A stretch of DNA of 64,000 bases. It comes from Squalus acanthias. Taxonomy: Eukaryota. The stretch spans positions 5,642,001-5,706,000 of the forward strand of contig CM059426.1 in NCBI GenBank assembly GCA_030390025.1, given 5' to 3'. The notes below the pieces were generated by a model that saw nothing but the letters and a program-made list of their open reading frames with translations, had not been told where the DNA came from and made no database searches. Numbering within the stretch: the stretch's first letter is position 1; every line of letters starts with the position of its first letter. Positions 13,150 through 24,006 of the stretch are shown here, piece by piece. The translations under genes were made by a program, and so were the position numbers.

Positions 13150-13650
13150 ATAAGAACATAAGAAATAGGAGCAGGAATAGGCCACTTGGCCCCTCGAGCC
13201 TGCTCCGCCATTCAATAAGATCATGGCTGATCTTGGGCTCAAAGCCACTTCCCCGCCCGCTCCCCATAACCCTTCACTCCCTTATCTTGCAAAAATCTGT
13301 CTATCTCCACCTTAAATGTGTTTAATGACCCAGCCTCCACAGCTCTCTGGGGCAGAGAATTCCACAGATTTACGACCCTCTGAGAGAAGAAATTCCTCCT
13401 CATCTCAGTCCTAAAAGGGCGACCCTTTATTCTAAAACTGTGCCCCCGCGTTCTAGGTTTCCCCACAGGGGGAAACATCCTCTCTGCATCTACCTTGTCG
13501 TGCCCCCTCAGTATCTTATGTTTCAATAAGATCACCTCTCATTCTTCTAAATTCCAATGAGTATAGGCCCAGCCTGCTCAACCTTTCCTCATAAGTCAAC
13601 CCCCTCATCTCTGGAATTAACCTAGTGAATCGTCTCTGAACTGCATCCAG
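13150..13650 (-). mobile_element. Young 5'-truncated CR1 inserted in the Harbinger Myb gene
   Basis: Peptides VQRRFTRLIPEMRGLTYEERL and NFFSQRVVNLWNSLP; (TTCTTATG)n tail at the left end. Confidence 0.92.
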
Positions 13651-14385
13651 GAAGGTGTCACTGAACCGAGGCGCAGCCTTTGCCCTTCCTGACTTCATTC
13701 TCTCTTTTCTTTCTCTTTGCCTCCCAACTCCAAACTCTTTCAAATTGCATGTTTTGGAGTGTCCCTTTAAATACTGGAGTTCAAATCACGTCATGCGGAT
13801 CATCATCACGCCCGCTGTGGCTAATTGGTCGGGAAACCCGGAAATGGTACGGTAATGCAGTGGCTGGGTTCACAAGCCACTGACGTGTGGTGTACTGACT
13901 TCCGGGTTTCCCGCACGCTGCCGGATCTCCCCCCGCTCCCAGCGCGTGTGATCTTAAAATCCAGCCCTATATTTCTGAAAAATATTGAGAATGCATTCCA
14001 CTCTTTTTAGAATTTTACAAAAGATTTGTATTTATTTTTTAATACTTATTTTCAAAAGCATGTGTAAACATTGTAGATTTTGATCTTGTGATGCTTGGAG
14101 GAGTGGTGCATTGATATGTTGCTGTTCTTCACGTGGTTATGTTTGCAGAGGGGGCTGTGTGAGTTTAAGGGTTGAAGCATTTATTCTGGGCTTCAGTTGG
14201 GTCAGGGAGCCTGTACTTTGAGATGTCATGTTGGGCCATTTTCTTGCCTGACCTTTTGTGGGTAGTTCGCTGTTGCAAGGTCTGCTGAAAGGTTGTGTTG
14301 AGTGAACCATCAGACTGTATTTAAGTGGCTACTTCAAAGATAGGCTGAAGTTAAATAATTAGGCCTTTTAAAAAAACAAACTGAT

Positions 14386-15018
14386 GCATCCAAAAGTTGC
14401 TGTCCGATATGCGCCGCTCCACCGTTGGCGTCGCGAAAATGGCATCTTGCTGTCTGCCTTGCCATTGAAATGCATTGAATGGCGTGAAGTTGCTGTATTT
14501 GCGCAGTAGGTACGAACTAAACTCGCCACAGAAAAAGTCTTGTCATTTCAAGTCTTTTAACGACAAGATAATTGTTATTTACTGCCAGTCAACCTCTCTG
14601 GCACTGAAAATTAACTATTCCAAATGTGGAGACGCATTCCTTCTGGTTTTAATTGTTGGAGATTTTATAAAAAAGTAAAATTACATTTTTTTTAATAACT
14701 TTTCCTTTTTCTCTTTTTTTCTCTTAATCCAATCTCTTTCCCTCTCTTTATCTCTCTGTACCTGATTTGACATTGAATTCACCCATTCTAATTTACACTT
14801 CCTTCTCAGTCTTGTGCTGTTAATTTCACAATCGTTCAATCTGGTTAAGGTGGTACCCTGTTGCTTTCCCTGTTCACTCAGGTCCCAGATGCCTGGTTTC
14901 CATCGCTGTGATGTTATCAGCTCGCACTTTTAGCAACTTGCCACGCAGAAAATTTTAAAACCTAAACCCAACTAATGGTAAACACTGTTCGAGTCCCTGT
15001 CACAGCAAATTATGGCCC
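14386..15018. mobile_element. Probable non-autonomous DNA transposon (Harbinger-like MITE), degenerate
   Basis: Right end cagcaaattatggccc resembles the TIR of the 47748-48489 element. The left end ccaaaagttgctgt is a degenerate match. CpG-rich ends with an AT-rich centre. Confidence 0.45.
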
Positions 15019-15190
15019 AATATCAACAAAAGTAAAACTTTTGATCTATTAGTTTGTAAAAAAAAACTTTTGCCTGGTTGGTTCTCAGTCAAGGGAGCAG
15101 GCGTCCGGGGCAAGACTTGATTCTCCAAGACCCAGTTTATGCTTGCTGTTTTAAACTATGGTGTGCTTGTTTCTGCCCCCTTGGCCCTCC

Positions 15191-15580
15191 CACCCTCCCT
15201 ACACCTTCTCAGCCTCCCTACACCTTCACACCCTCCCTACACCTTCACACCCTCCCTACACCTTCACACCCTCCCTACACCTTCACACCCTCCCTACACC
15301 TTCACAGCCTCCCTACACCTTCACAGCCTCCCTACACCTTCACAGCCTCCCTACACCTTCACAGCCTCCCTACACCTTCACAGCCTCCCTACACCTTCAC
15401 ACCCTCCCTACACCTTCACAGCCTCCCTACACCTTCACAGCCTCCCTACACCTTCACACCCTCCCTACACCTTCACAGCCTCCCTACACCTTCACAGCCT
15501 CCCTACACCTTCACAGCCTCCCTACACCTTCACAGCCTCCCTACACCTTCACAGCCTCCCTACACCTTCACAGCCTCCCT
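15191..15580. repeat. 19-bp minisatellite (CCTCCCTACACCTTCACA[G/C]), about 20 copies
   Basis: Directly visible tandem array; explains the three repetitive ORFs at 15078-15646. Confidence 0.97.
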
Positions 15581-15658
15581 CCTTTTTTCCATCTGATATT
15601 TAATTTCATAATTTCTCCTCCATGTCACTACTGCTGCTCAATTTGATTTCTCTTCCTT

Positions 15659-15682
15659 CTCTCTCTCTCTCTCTCTCTCTCT
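15659..15682. repeat. (CT)n microsatellite
   Basis: Directly visible. Confidence 0.9.
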
Positions 15683-16102
15683 CATATTCATTCTCTTTCT
15701 CTCATTACGAGCTTTCTTTTTAATAAGAAAAATGGTGGCAATCAGAGGAACTTTTTGTAACTAATGTATAAATAGATTGGATGTCATCTCAAACCTGTAT
15801 CAAATCAATGACTCTGGTGATTTACTTGTTTCCTGATGCACTTCATATGAGGCAACTTGAGTAGTTCCCCTGTGAGCTCATTTGAAATCTGAACCCTGGA
15901 ATGATGTGTGCCTGCCCGAATTAATGTGCTATCTAGGACAAGAGAAGGAAAAAACCTTGATAAGGCTCTGCATGACAGGCCATTATTTAACCGTAAAAAG
16001 TGCCAGGAGTTCATGGTAAAACCTGTGAATGGATACGAAATGAGTTTGAAAAGATAGGCAGTTTTGGGTACTAGTTGGGGAATTTTTGTTGGGTGTGGGG
16101 TA

Positions 16103-16536
16103 AGAAACATAGAAACATAGAATCTAGGAGCAGGAGTAGGCCATTCGGCCCGTCGAGCCTGCTCCACCATTCAATACGATCATGGCTGATCATCCAAATC
16201 CAGTACCCTGTCCCTGCTTTAATCCCCACAGTACACATATCCCACCCTACCCCCGTAACCCCACGTATTTAATTCCCCCTAACATATCCCATCCTATCCC
16301 CATAACCCCACATATTTAATCCCCCCCTAACACTAAGGGTCAATTTATCATAGCCAAATCAACCTAACCCGCACATTTTTGGACTGTGGGAGGAAACCGG
16401 AGCACCCGGAGGAAACCCACGCAGACACGGGGAGAATGTGCAAACTCCACACAGACAGTCACCCGAGGTCAAGATTCGAACCCGGGTCCCTGGCGCTGTG
16501 AGGCACCAGTGCTAACCACTATGCCACCGTGTTGCC
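16103..16536 (-). mobile_element. HE1-like V-SINE with CR1-derived tail
   Basis: Reverse strand reads tRNA head (gcatagtggttagcactggtgcctcacagcgccagggacccgggttcg), then V-domain (gtggagtttgcacattctccccgtgtctgcgtgggtttcctccggg), then ttctatgtttctatg tail. Confidence 0.9.
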
Positions 16537-16774
16537 CTGTGCTGTTACTAATTTACATGAACAACCCGGGATCAGAATCATTTCTCCAGACTTTGTTACT
16601 TCTAGATTCACTGTATGCTGCATAGCTTATTATCAGGAAGAATTCCTTCTTTGAATATTGTTGTGGGATCTCCGTCATCAATAAATGGGCATTGGTTTAA
16701 TGTCTCTTCTTAAGGGCATAAGCTCCAGTGTACCCAATGTCCTGGAGTGGGGCTTGTATCCAAAATCTGACTCT

Positions 16775-17412
16775 TAGGCCCTGATAGTCACTGGGGTGGG
16801 GTTTCAGAGTGGGAGGGGGTGGTGGATGGACGGGAAACCTAGAAGTGCATGTTACCCCGAACGCAAACTCCACGGTGTGTGTATTTTTAAAAAACAGATT
16901 CCCGCCCAGAAGCCAGCCTGATTGACAGGCTGCCTGTTGGGCGAGGAAGTTCACCAGAAAACGCTGCAGCCGAGGATCAGGTAAGTTTTGTGGTTGTTGG
17001 GGGTAGAGATCGTGGGGTGGGTGGGGGGGAGAGCGCGTGCTTGGGGGTGATTGCGGGGGAGGTCGGAGATTGTGGGGGGGGGGGTGTCGGGGAGAGATCT
17101 AAGGGGTGTCAGAGATGGAGGGTGTCGGGAAGATCGGGGTCCTTGATCACGGGGGTGTGGGGGGGGAGTGGTTAGTGTCGGGGGGAGATCATGGGGGTGG
17201 TGAGTGTTTACAGGTAACCTTGTTGGCCGAGAGGAAACACTCCTGCTCCTCCTGGCTTACAAGCAATGCTGGATCTGGCCCATGTCCTTTTACCTGCCGG
17301 CTTTCCCGAGGCCTGGGAAGCCCGGCCAACATGAGTTAAAAATGGAAGCGCGCAGCCTCCTTAAAAGGTCACCTGACCCAAACCCGCCCATTTTTGGGCA
17401 TTAAAATGACCC
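16775..17412. mobile_element. Probable Harbinger-derived non-autonomous element, G-rich
   Basis: Contains cgggaaacctagaagt, like the subterminal motif of the 10041-13967 element, and ends ttaaaatgaccc, similar to its TIR. The left end is unclear. Confidence 0.45.
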
Positions 17413-19849
17413 ACTTAATGGTGCAAACAACTGAGCCAAGATGACATTTATTAGTCCAATATGTCTCCAAGTCTACAGTACACATACTGTAACAAAAGCT
17501 ATTTTACCCAGGAATTGGAGTTTCTAAAATATATCTGGAGACAGCTGTAGTTTAGTTTGGTCACTTGATTGTAATTTCTGATACATTATACATTTTGATT
17601 AGTATTAAGAGTTTTCTTATCTTCTCTTCCGCTCTCTGGCAAGCTTTTGTGATCAGAGGCACGTTCAATTAAATACTTCTATTTTGGGGTAACACTGAGC
17701 GTTGTACCAGTGTTTTGAAAGTTCAGCTATCTACTGTATTTCTATGAAATTGCTCACGGCACTAATTTAGTGCAGTTGCTAATTCAACTATAGGCATCGT
17801 CATAGTATCAACAACTTGCATTTATGTAGTGCCTTTTAACGCAAGAAATGCCCCGTGGTGCTTCAGAGGTAGGGGTAAGGAAAACTGATGCTGAGCCAGA
17901 TGGGTAGCCTATATGCCAACCTACAAAACTTGGAATTGCTGACACAACCCCAAATAATTAACACCTTAAATAGCATACAACTGAAAATCAGTCCTGAGTG
18001 AAGGCCTGGGACCAATGCCACCGCCTCAAAGAAACTGAATAAGTTAAATTCCTTTGGGATCACATTCCCCAATTCAGTGTAACTGCATGGCCTCATATGG
18101 GAGAGCAAAGGGCATATGAACTTATAACTTGAGCTGCAGCTATACTTAGAAATTCCGTCAGTTTTATTATTGGGGTGGGGTGAACTGAAGTAGACAAAAG
18201 TTGAAATTTATGAATTTGATGCTGGAAAAACTGGGTAAGTACGAGGTGTGTGACGGTGAAGTAGTGGCCAGCATTCCCAGCACTATAACTGAGACCCCAG
18301 ACACTCAGGTTCGTGCTTAGTTTAATTAATTCGTTTATTTATTACCTCTCTGGCATTACTAACCTCCAATTCCAATCGAATCATGAAAAACTAAATTTCT
18401 GTTAAGTAATTCAGGCTTTCAGTGACAAGGACTCGGAGCCGGAGAGTATGTTCCGAACATGTGTAGTGCAGGCAGTCAGCTGCTGAAGATGGTGAGAGGC
18501 TGGAATGATGTGTCTGGAACAGGTACAAAACGGTGGGGTGCAAGAGACACCAGCACTGAGTCTCTCCTGCATACTAAGCTCCTGAATTTGTATAAGGTGT
18601 ATACAAAAAGGTGCATGTAACTTTGGGTGGGCGCTTGGACTTTTGCACATGCATGCACACAAACAACTTTCAAGATATTTTGGAGTGAGACATAGCCTGG
18701 AGTACTGGAGACAACAAAAGTTCAGATTTTAATTTGCAAATGTTGTCATGAGGATCGCACTCCCAAACTGCTAACTGTTGACAACTGTGAAAAGTAAACG
18801 TAGTGTTAAGTAATTTAAGTTTATTATGTCTTTCTCTGTCTACTTAGTCTATAATACTAGGAGAATAGAGATTTAAAACTTTTCAAACAGAAATATATTA
18901 AACAAAATTGGTCTACTGTTTGGCCTAGACAGTCAGCCAGAATGTGCAGGACCAAGATTCTTTATGGCACTGACATGATCTGTTGGAAATCTTCATAGCT
19001 GCCAACATTCCAAACTCGACCCACAGGAACCCCAGGGCCCAATTAATGCTCCATAATGCATTACTCACTCTTAGCTCTCACTGAAACATGGTGCATGCAT
19101 AGAAGAGATGGCTCAACTTTGTAGAATGGTGAACATGGGGTGGGGGGGGCGGGGGGACTGTGCGAGTGGTGCAAGTAGAGGGCCAAAACGTGGGGTTGTC
19201 AAATATGCACATGAGTAGAATGGAATGACGAGCTTGACCATCTTGTGTTAATTCACTGAATATCAGAGTATGTCACAGTTCATAAACTTAAAAAAAAAGG
19301 AACAAAATGTTGATTGGTTTGTGCACCATTTCCCGCCATCATGGAACCATGAAATGAGCAGCTGTTGCTTGTGACTGGAACCACAGCAACAAAGGTGAGT
19401 GCCTTTAAAAATGTCCCACTATATGACAGTAGGTACACGGCCTTTTGGTGACCTAAGGTAAGGGTCATGTGAGAGGGGTACATAGGGAGGGTAGGAAGAC
19501 TTTAGTTAGCAAGGTCAAGCCTTTTGAAAATTTTGAGGTTCCCCAAGCTAAAGATAAAATCCCCTGTATTGCTCGTGCTCTACATATTTCATTAACTGAA
19601 CAAAAGATGATGTACTTGAGGTGGGAAGAGGGGGCGGGGTTCTTGTCTATTATGAGTCTCCTTAATATAGAAAAAGGTACCCAGCTCCAGTCGAATAACT
19701 TTCTAGGGGCTGTGTGGGGGAGGATCAACAAAACCACAATCTGCTATATTTGAAACCTAAAGACAGAATTGTGGTCCAGTGTGTTGGCTATGAAAATTGA
19801 CTAAAACTTACTCTAGTTGATTTATGTGCTGCGCTATACACTAAGTTTA

Positions 19850-20290
19850 TTGAAAGATTGAACTGGCTGGGGCTCGTTTCTCTAGAAAAGACGAGACTGA
19901 GGCATGACCTGATGGAAATCTTAAAGTTTATGAAAGGGTTTGATAGGGTAGATGTAGAGAAGAGGTTTCCACTTGCGGGCGAGACCAGAACTAGGGGCCA
20001 TAAATATAAGATAGTCACAAATAAATCTAATGGAGAATTCAGGAGTAACTTCTTTACCCAGAGAGTGGTTAGAATGTGGAACTCGCTACCACAAGGAGTA
20101 GTTGAAGCGAATAGCATAGATGCATTTAAGGAGAAGCCAGATAAGCACATGAGGGAGAAAGGAATAGAAGGATATGTTGATGGGGTTAGATGAAGAAGGG
20201 TGGGAGGAGGCTCGTGTGGAGCATAAACACCTGCATGAATCTGTTGGACTGAATGGCCTGTTTCTGTGCTGTAAATACTTAGTAATACTT
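19850..20290 (+). mobile_element. CR1 LINE 3' fragment
   Basis: Peptide TRTRGHKYKI...NFFTQRVVRMWNSLPQ; same subfamily as 51240-54115. Confidence 0.9.
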
Positions 20291-20592
20291 TGTAAATAAG
20301 AGGCATTGTGCCTCTTCAAATCATGTTTCTGTGCATGCATGACATCCACATGCGCAGAAGCAGCAAATTGTGAACTCCACGAAATAAGTTATTTTAGAGC
20401 CGAAAACGCAAATTGACAAGGCACTATGTGAATGGAGTGGACACAGGTTAAAAAAGCACGTTGTCTACTCTAAATGCATGTGATTGGCATCTATGGAGTA
20501 GAGTTTTGAGATTTTGAAAAGGAAAAGGGCAAATAGGTTTAGTGAGGGATTTCTTAAGAGCAGTGGCTGAAAGCTCTGCCACCATTGGTGGG

Positions 20593-20730
20593 CATGATGT
20601 GGAGATGCCGGCGTTGGACTGGGGTGGACAAAAATGAGAAGTCGCACAACACCAGGTTATAGTCCAACAGATTTATTTAATTTTACAAGCTTTCGGAGCT
20701 GTTCGCTCCTTCCTCAGGTAGAGTAGCTGT
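20593..20730 (-). mobile_element. Penelope-like pseudo-LTR fragment, same family as 23587-24006
   Basis: Close reverse-complement match to 23880-24006; includes a hammerhead-like core. Confidence 0.75.
20684..20720 (-). ncRNA. Minimal type-I hammerhead ribozyme motif
   Basis: Reverse strand: TAC-CTGAGGA-A-GGAGC-gaaca-GCTCC-GAAA-GC-TT-GTA. Confidence 0.6.
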
Positions 20731-21412
20731 GAGAGAATCTCCCAGAATTCACAACTAAGGGAGAAATGCATAGAAGCTGGAATCAAAGGAACACTGATTG
20801 GGAAGGGTGATACAGCTGGAAGAGATTGCAGGGATAGGGTGAGATAAGGCCATAGAGGGATTTACAGATCATGACAAAAATTCTCATTTAATGCTTCGGG
20901 GGACCAGGAGCAAGTGTAGGATCAGACACATGTGCCAGAGTTTAGGTCAAGTTGGAGTTTATGGAGGGTGTAGGATGGGAGGCCAGCAAGGAGTAGTCAA
21001 GTCAGGAGGTGACAAAGGCATGTACAAGGGTGTCTGCTGTGCTAGAGTTGGAAGTAAGTGGGCTTGGTAATGCAGTGGATTTGAGGTTTAAAGCACAGAG
21101 AGTTGAGCAGGAAGCCAAGATCACAAACAGTCTGGTTTAGCTGAGGAGAGAAATGGAACCACTTGTAAGGGAGACTATGGTTTTGATCCCGTCAATGTTG
21201 AGCATGGGGAAATTGTGTCACATCCAAGACATTTGAATGCTTCGCCAGTGCTCCTCAGTCTTTCTATCCTATGGACCTTTTTTGGTTAGAGTTGGCTGCG
21301 AGCTACTCCCAGGTTTCCACCAACGTTGCTCTAAAATGGGCTGCTAGTTGGTGAGAATACTCTGGGATGACTCTTGGTAAGTGCCTGATCTTGGCATTGG
21401 ACTCCCCCATGG

Positions 21413-21533
21413 CAGCACTGCTGAGATCGGTATGTCAGCACTGCTGAGATCGGTATGTCAGCACTGCTGAGATCGGTATATCAGCACTGCTGAGATCGGT
21501 ATGTCAGCACTGCTGAGATCGGTATGTCAGCAC
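21413..21533. repeat. 23-bp minisatellite (CAGCACTGCTGAGATCGGTATGT), 5.3 copies
   Basis: Directly visible; one substitution among the copies. Confidence 0.97.
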
Positions 21534-21559
21534 CCAGGAGATTTGGAAGAAGAAATGAA

Positions 21560-21835
21560 CATTGCAAGTATTTTACTTATGTCTCAAACATCTCAAAGCG
21601 CTTTCCATGAAATTAATTATTTTGAAGGGCATTAACTGCTATATGCTATATAGGCAAATTTTATGTACAGCAAGACTCCACAAATTAGGTAAATGATCTG
21701 TTTTTGGTAGTGTTGGTTGAGGGAGGAATGTAGAGCAGGACATTGGGATAATTCTCCACTTTTCTTTGAATGATGTCGTGGAACCTTTGTCCACCAGAAC
21801 AGTTTAATGCCTCAGCCAAAGGTATTGCAGTTCAC
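21560..21835 (-). mobile_element. Degenerate Deu-SINE whose head continues at about 23303-23390 beyond the CR1 insertion
   Basis: Similarity to the 5780-6245 copy on both sides of the CR1. Confidence 0.6.
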
Positions 21836-21840
21836 TGTCA

Positions 21841-23302
21841 GCTAATGTTACCCCACTGTTCAAAAAAGGTGGTAAAGAAAAAACGGGGAATTATAGACCA
21901 GTAAGCCTGACATCGGTTGTGGGGAAAATGCTAGAGTCCATTATAAAAGATGTAATAGCAGAGCACTTGGAAAACAGTGACAGGATTGGACAAAGTCAAC
22001 ATGGATTTACAAAAGGTAAATCGTGCTTGACTAATCTACTGGAATTTTTTGAGGATGTAACTGATGGAATAGATAAGGGAGAACCAGTGGATGTGGCGTA
22101 TTTGGACTTTCAGAAGGCTTTCGATAAGGTCCCGCATAAGAGATTAGCGTGTAAAGTTAAGGCACATGGGATTGGGGGCAAGGTACTGACTTGGATAGAG
22201 AACTGGTTGGCAGACAGGAAGCAAAGAGTTGGAATAAACGGGTCTTTTTCCGAGTGGCAGGCAGTGACTAGTGGGGTTCCGCAGGGATCGGTCCTTGGAC
22301 CCTAGCTATTCACTATATATATTAATGATCTAGACGAGTGAACTAGATGTAATATCTCCAGGTTTGCAGATGACACAAAGCTGGGTGGGCGTGTGTGCTG
22401 CGAGGAGGATGCCGAGAAACTCCAGTATGATTTGGACAGGTTGGGTGATTGGGCAGAAGCATGGCAGATGCAGTATAATGTGGATAAATGCGAGGTTATC
22501 CACTTTGGTGGCAAAAACAGAAAGGCAGATTATTATCTGAATGGCAATAGATTGGGAGAAGAGGAAGTGCAACAAGACCTGGGTGTCCTTGTGCACCAGT
22601 CGCTGAAGGTAAGCATGCAGGTGCAGCAGGCGGTTAAGAAGGCAAATGGTATGTTGGCCTTCATAGCGAGAGGGTTTGAGTACAGGAACAAGGATGTCTT
22701 GCTGCAGCTGTACAGGGCCTTGGTGAGACCACACCTTGAGTATTGTGTGCAGTTTTGGTCGCCTTATCTGAGGAAGGATATTCTTGCCATGGAGGGTGTG
22801 CAGCGAAGATTCACCAGACTGATACCTGGGATGGCAGGAATGACGTACGAGGAGAGATTAGGTCGATTGGGCTTATACTTGCTGGAGTTTAGAAGAATGA
22901 GAGGAGATCTCATTGAAACTTATAAACTTATAAAATTCTAACAGGGCTAGACAGACTGGATGCAGGAAGGATGTTCCCGATGGCGGGTGAGTCCAGAACA
23001 AGAGGTCACAGTCTAAAGATAAGGGGTAAGCCATTTAGGACAGAGATGAGGAGGAATTTCTTCACCCAGAGAGTGGTGAACCTGTGGAATTCTCTACCAC
23101 AGAAGGCAGTTGAGGCCAAGTCAGTAAATATATTCAAGAAGGAGTTAGATATATTTCTTAAGGCTAAAGGTATCAAGGGATATGGGGAGAAGGCAGGGAC
23201 AGGGTACTGAGTTTGGATGATCAGCCATGATCTCATCGAATGGCGGAGCAGGCTCGAGGGGCCGAATGGCCTACTCCTGCTCCTATCTTCTATGTTTCTA
23301 TG
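21841..23302 (+). mobile_element. Young 5'-truncated CR1 LINE with a nearly intact RT domain
   Basis: Peptides [51 protein letters not shown] and FADDTKL. Two stops, a short-duplication frameshift near 22920, and a (TTCTATGT) tail. Confidence 0.96.
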
Positions 23303-23586
23303 AAATGTTGATGCTCAATTCCTGAAGTGGGGCTTGAACCCATAATCATCTGACTCGGGTGAGAATACTGCCTACTGAGCCAAGTTGATAAACTGAGGTC
23401 ACTGTGCCCCTGAAGCTAATTGGTGCTGTAATATCCTACACAACCCAGAAGCTATGGAATCAAGGTTGGGTTCAGTAGCCGGCACTATCAAAATCCATTA
23501 AATGTAGGTAATACAGACATGATATGAGATACTGCACAACAAACTGCTGTATGTAGGCATAATGCTTCCCTCTCTTGCTGTATGTA

Positions 23587-24006
23587 AAAAAATGAGAAGT
23601 CGCACAACACCAGGTTATAGTCCAACAGTTTTATTTAAAATTACGAGCTTTTGGAGCTGCTGCCCCTTCGTCAGGTAAAGGTACAGTGAGGGAATCTATT
23701 ACACAGTATATATACACAGAGAGCAATTTGTCTGCAGAGATACAATCTTTTAGGGAGGCATTACATCAAAGACACATCAGAGTGTGTCTTTGATGTAATG
23801 CCTCCCTAAAAGATTGTATCTCTGCAGACAAATTGCTCTCTGTGTTTATATACTGTGTAATAGATTCCCTCACTGTACCTTTACCTGACGAAGGGGCAGC
23901 AGCTCCGAAAGCTCGTAATTTTAAATAAAACTGTTGGACTATAACCTGGTGTTGTGCGACTTCTCATTTTTGTCCACCCCAGTCCAACACCGGCATCTCC
24001 GCATCA
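23587..24006. mobile_element. Fold-back (inverted pseudo-LTR) insertion, probably Penelope-like, with a 12-bp TSD
   Basis: 189-bp arms at 23588-23776 and 23783-23971 with a 6-nt loop, plus an unpaired 35-nt tail. TTGCTGTATGTA at 23575-23586 and 24007-24018. Confidence 0.8.
23881..23918 (+). ncRNA. Minimal type-I hammerhead ribozyme motif
   Basis: TTAC-CTGACGA-A-GGGGC-agca-GCTCC-GAAA-GC-TC-GTAA: core boxes, stems I and II, and a palindromic AGCT stem III. Confidence 0.65.

Larger units (their letters stand above)
11953..13698 (-). pseudogene. Harbinger Myb/SANT-like partner gene, disrupted by a CR1 insertion, an internal deletion and a 61-bp insertion
   Basis: MKSGRAKAAPRFSD (from 13698) continues across the CR1 as VLLGAVRSRRDILFPRDGGKKP..TKAAWLKV. 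Basic C-terminus GRKRKSKDL. Confidence 0.8.
10041..13967. mobile_element. Decayed PIF/Harbinger DNA transposon with convergent transposase and Myb/SANT-like genes
   Basis: TIRs GGGCGGAATTTTAA (10053-10066, preceded by an expanded G-run) and TTAAAATCCAGCCC (13954-13967). TAT flanks both ends (10038-10040, 13968-13970). Subterminal cgggaaacccggaa-type repeats. Two internal genes. Confidence 0.9.
20500..21235 (-). mobile_element. Degenerate L2 LINE fragment hosting a Penelope-like insertion
   Basis: Reverse-strand similarity to the L2 copies at 54115-54400 and 63328-64000. Confidence 0.5.

Noticed and set aside
11995-13248. 417-aa ORF as a novel gene
   Set aside because: Chimera of a CR1 3' tail, the Harbinger Myb remnant and the Penelope insert; its start codon lies within the LINE.
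15078-15646. Three overlapping P/T/S/H-rich ORFs
   Set aside because: Stop-free translations of the 19-bp repeat.
16460-16536. tRNA-like sequences here and in other SINE heads
   Set aside because: They continue directly into SINE bodies, so they are not stand-alone tRNA genes.
21413-21533. Regular repeats suggesting a CRISPR array (also 15191-15580 and 23545-24350)
   Set aside because: Head-to-tail units with no unique spacers, no cas genes, and vertebrate context; these are minisatellites.
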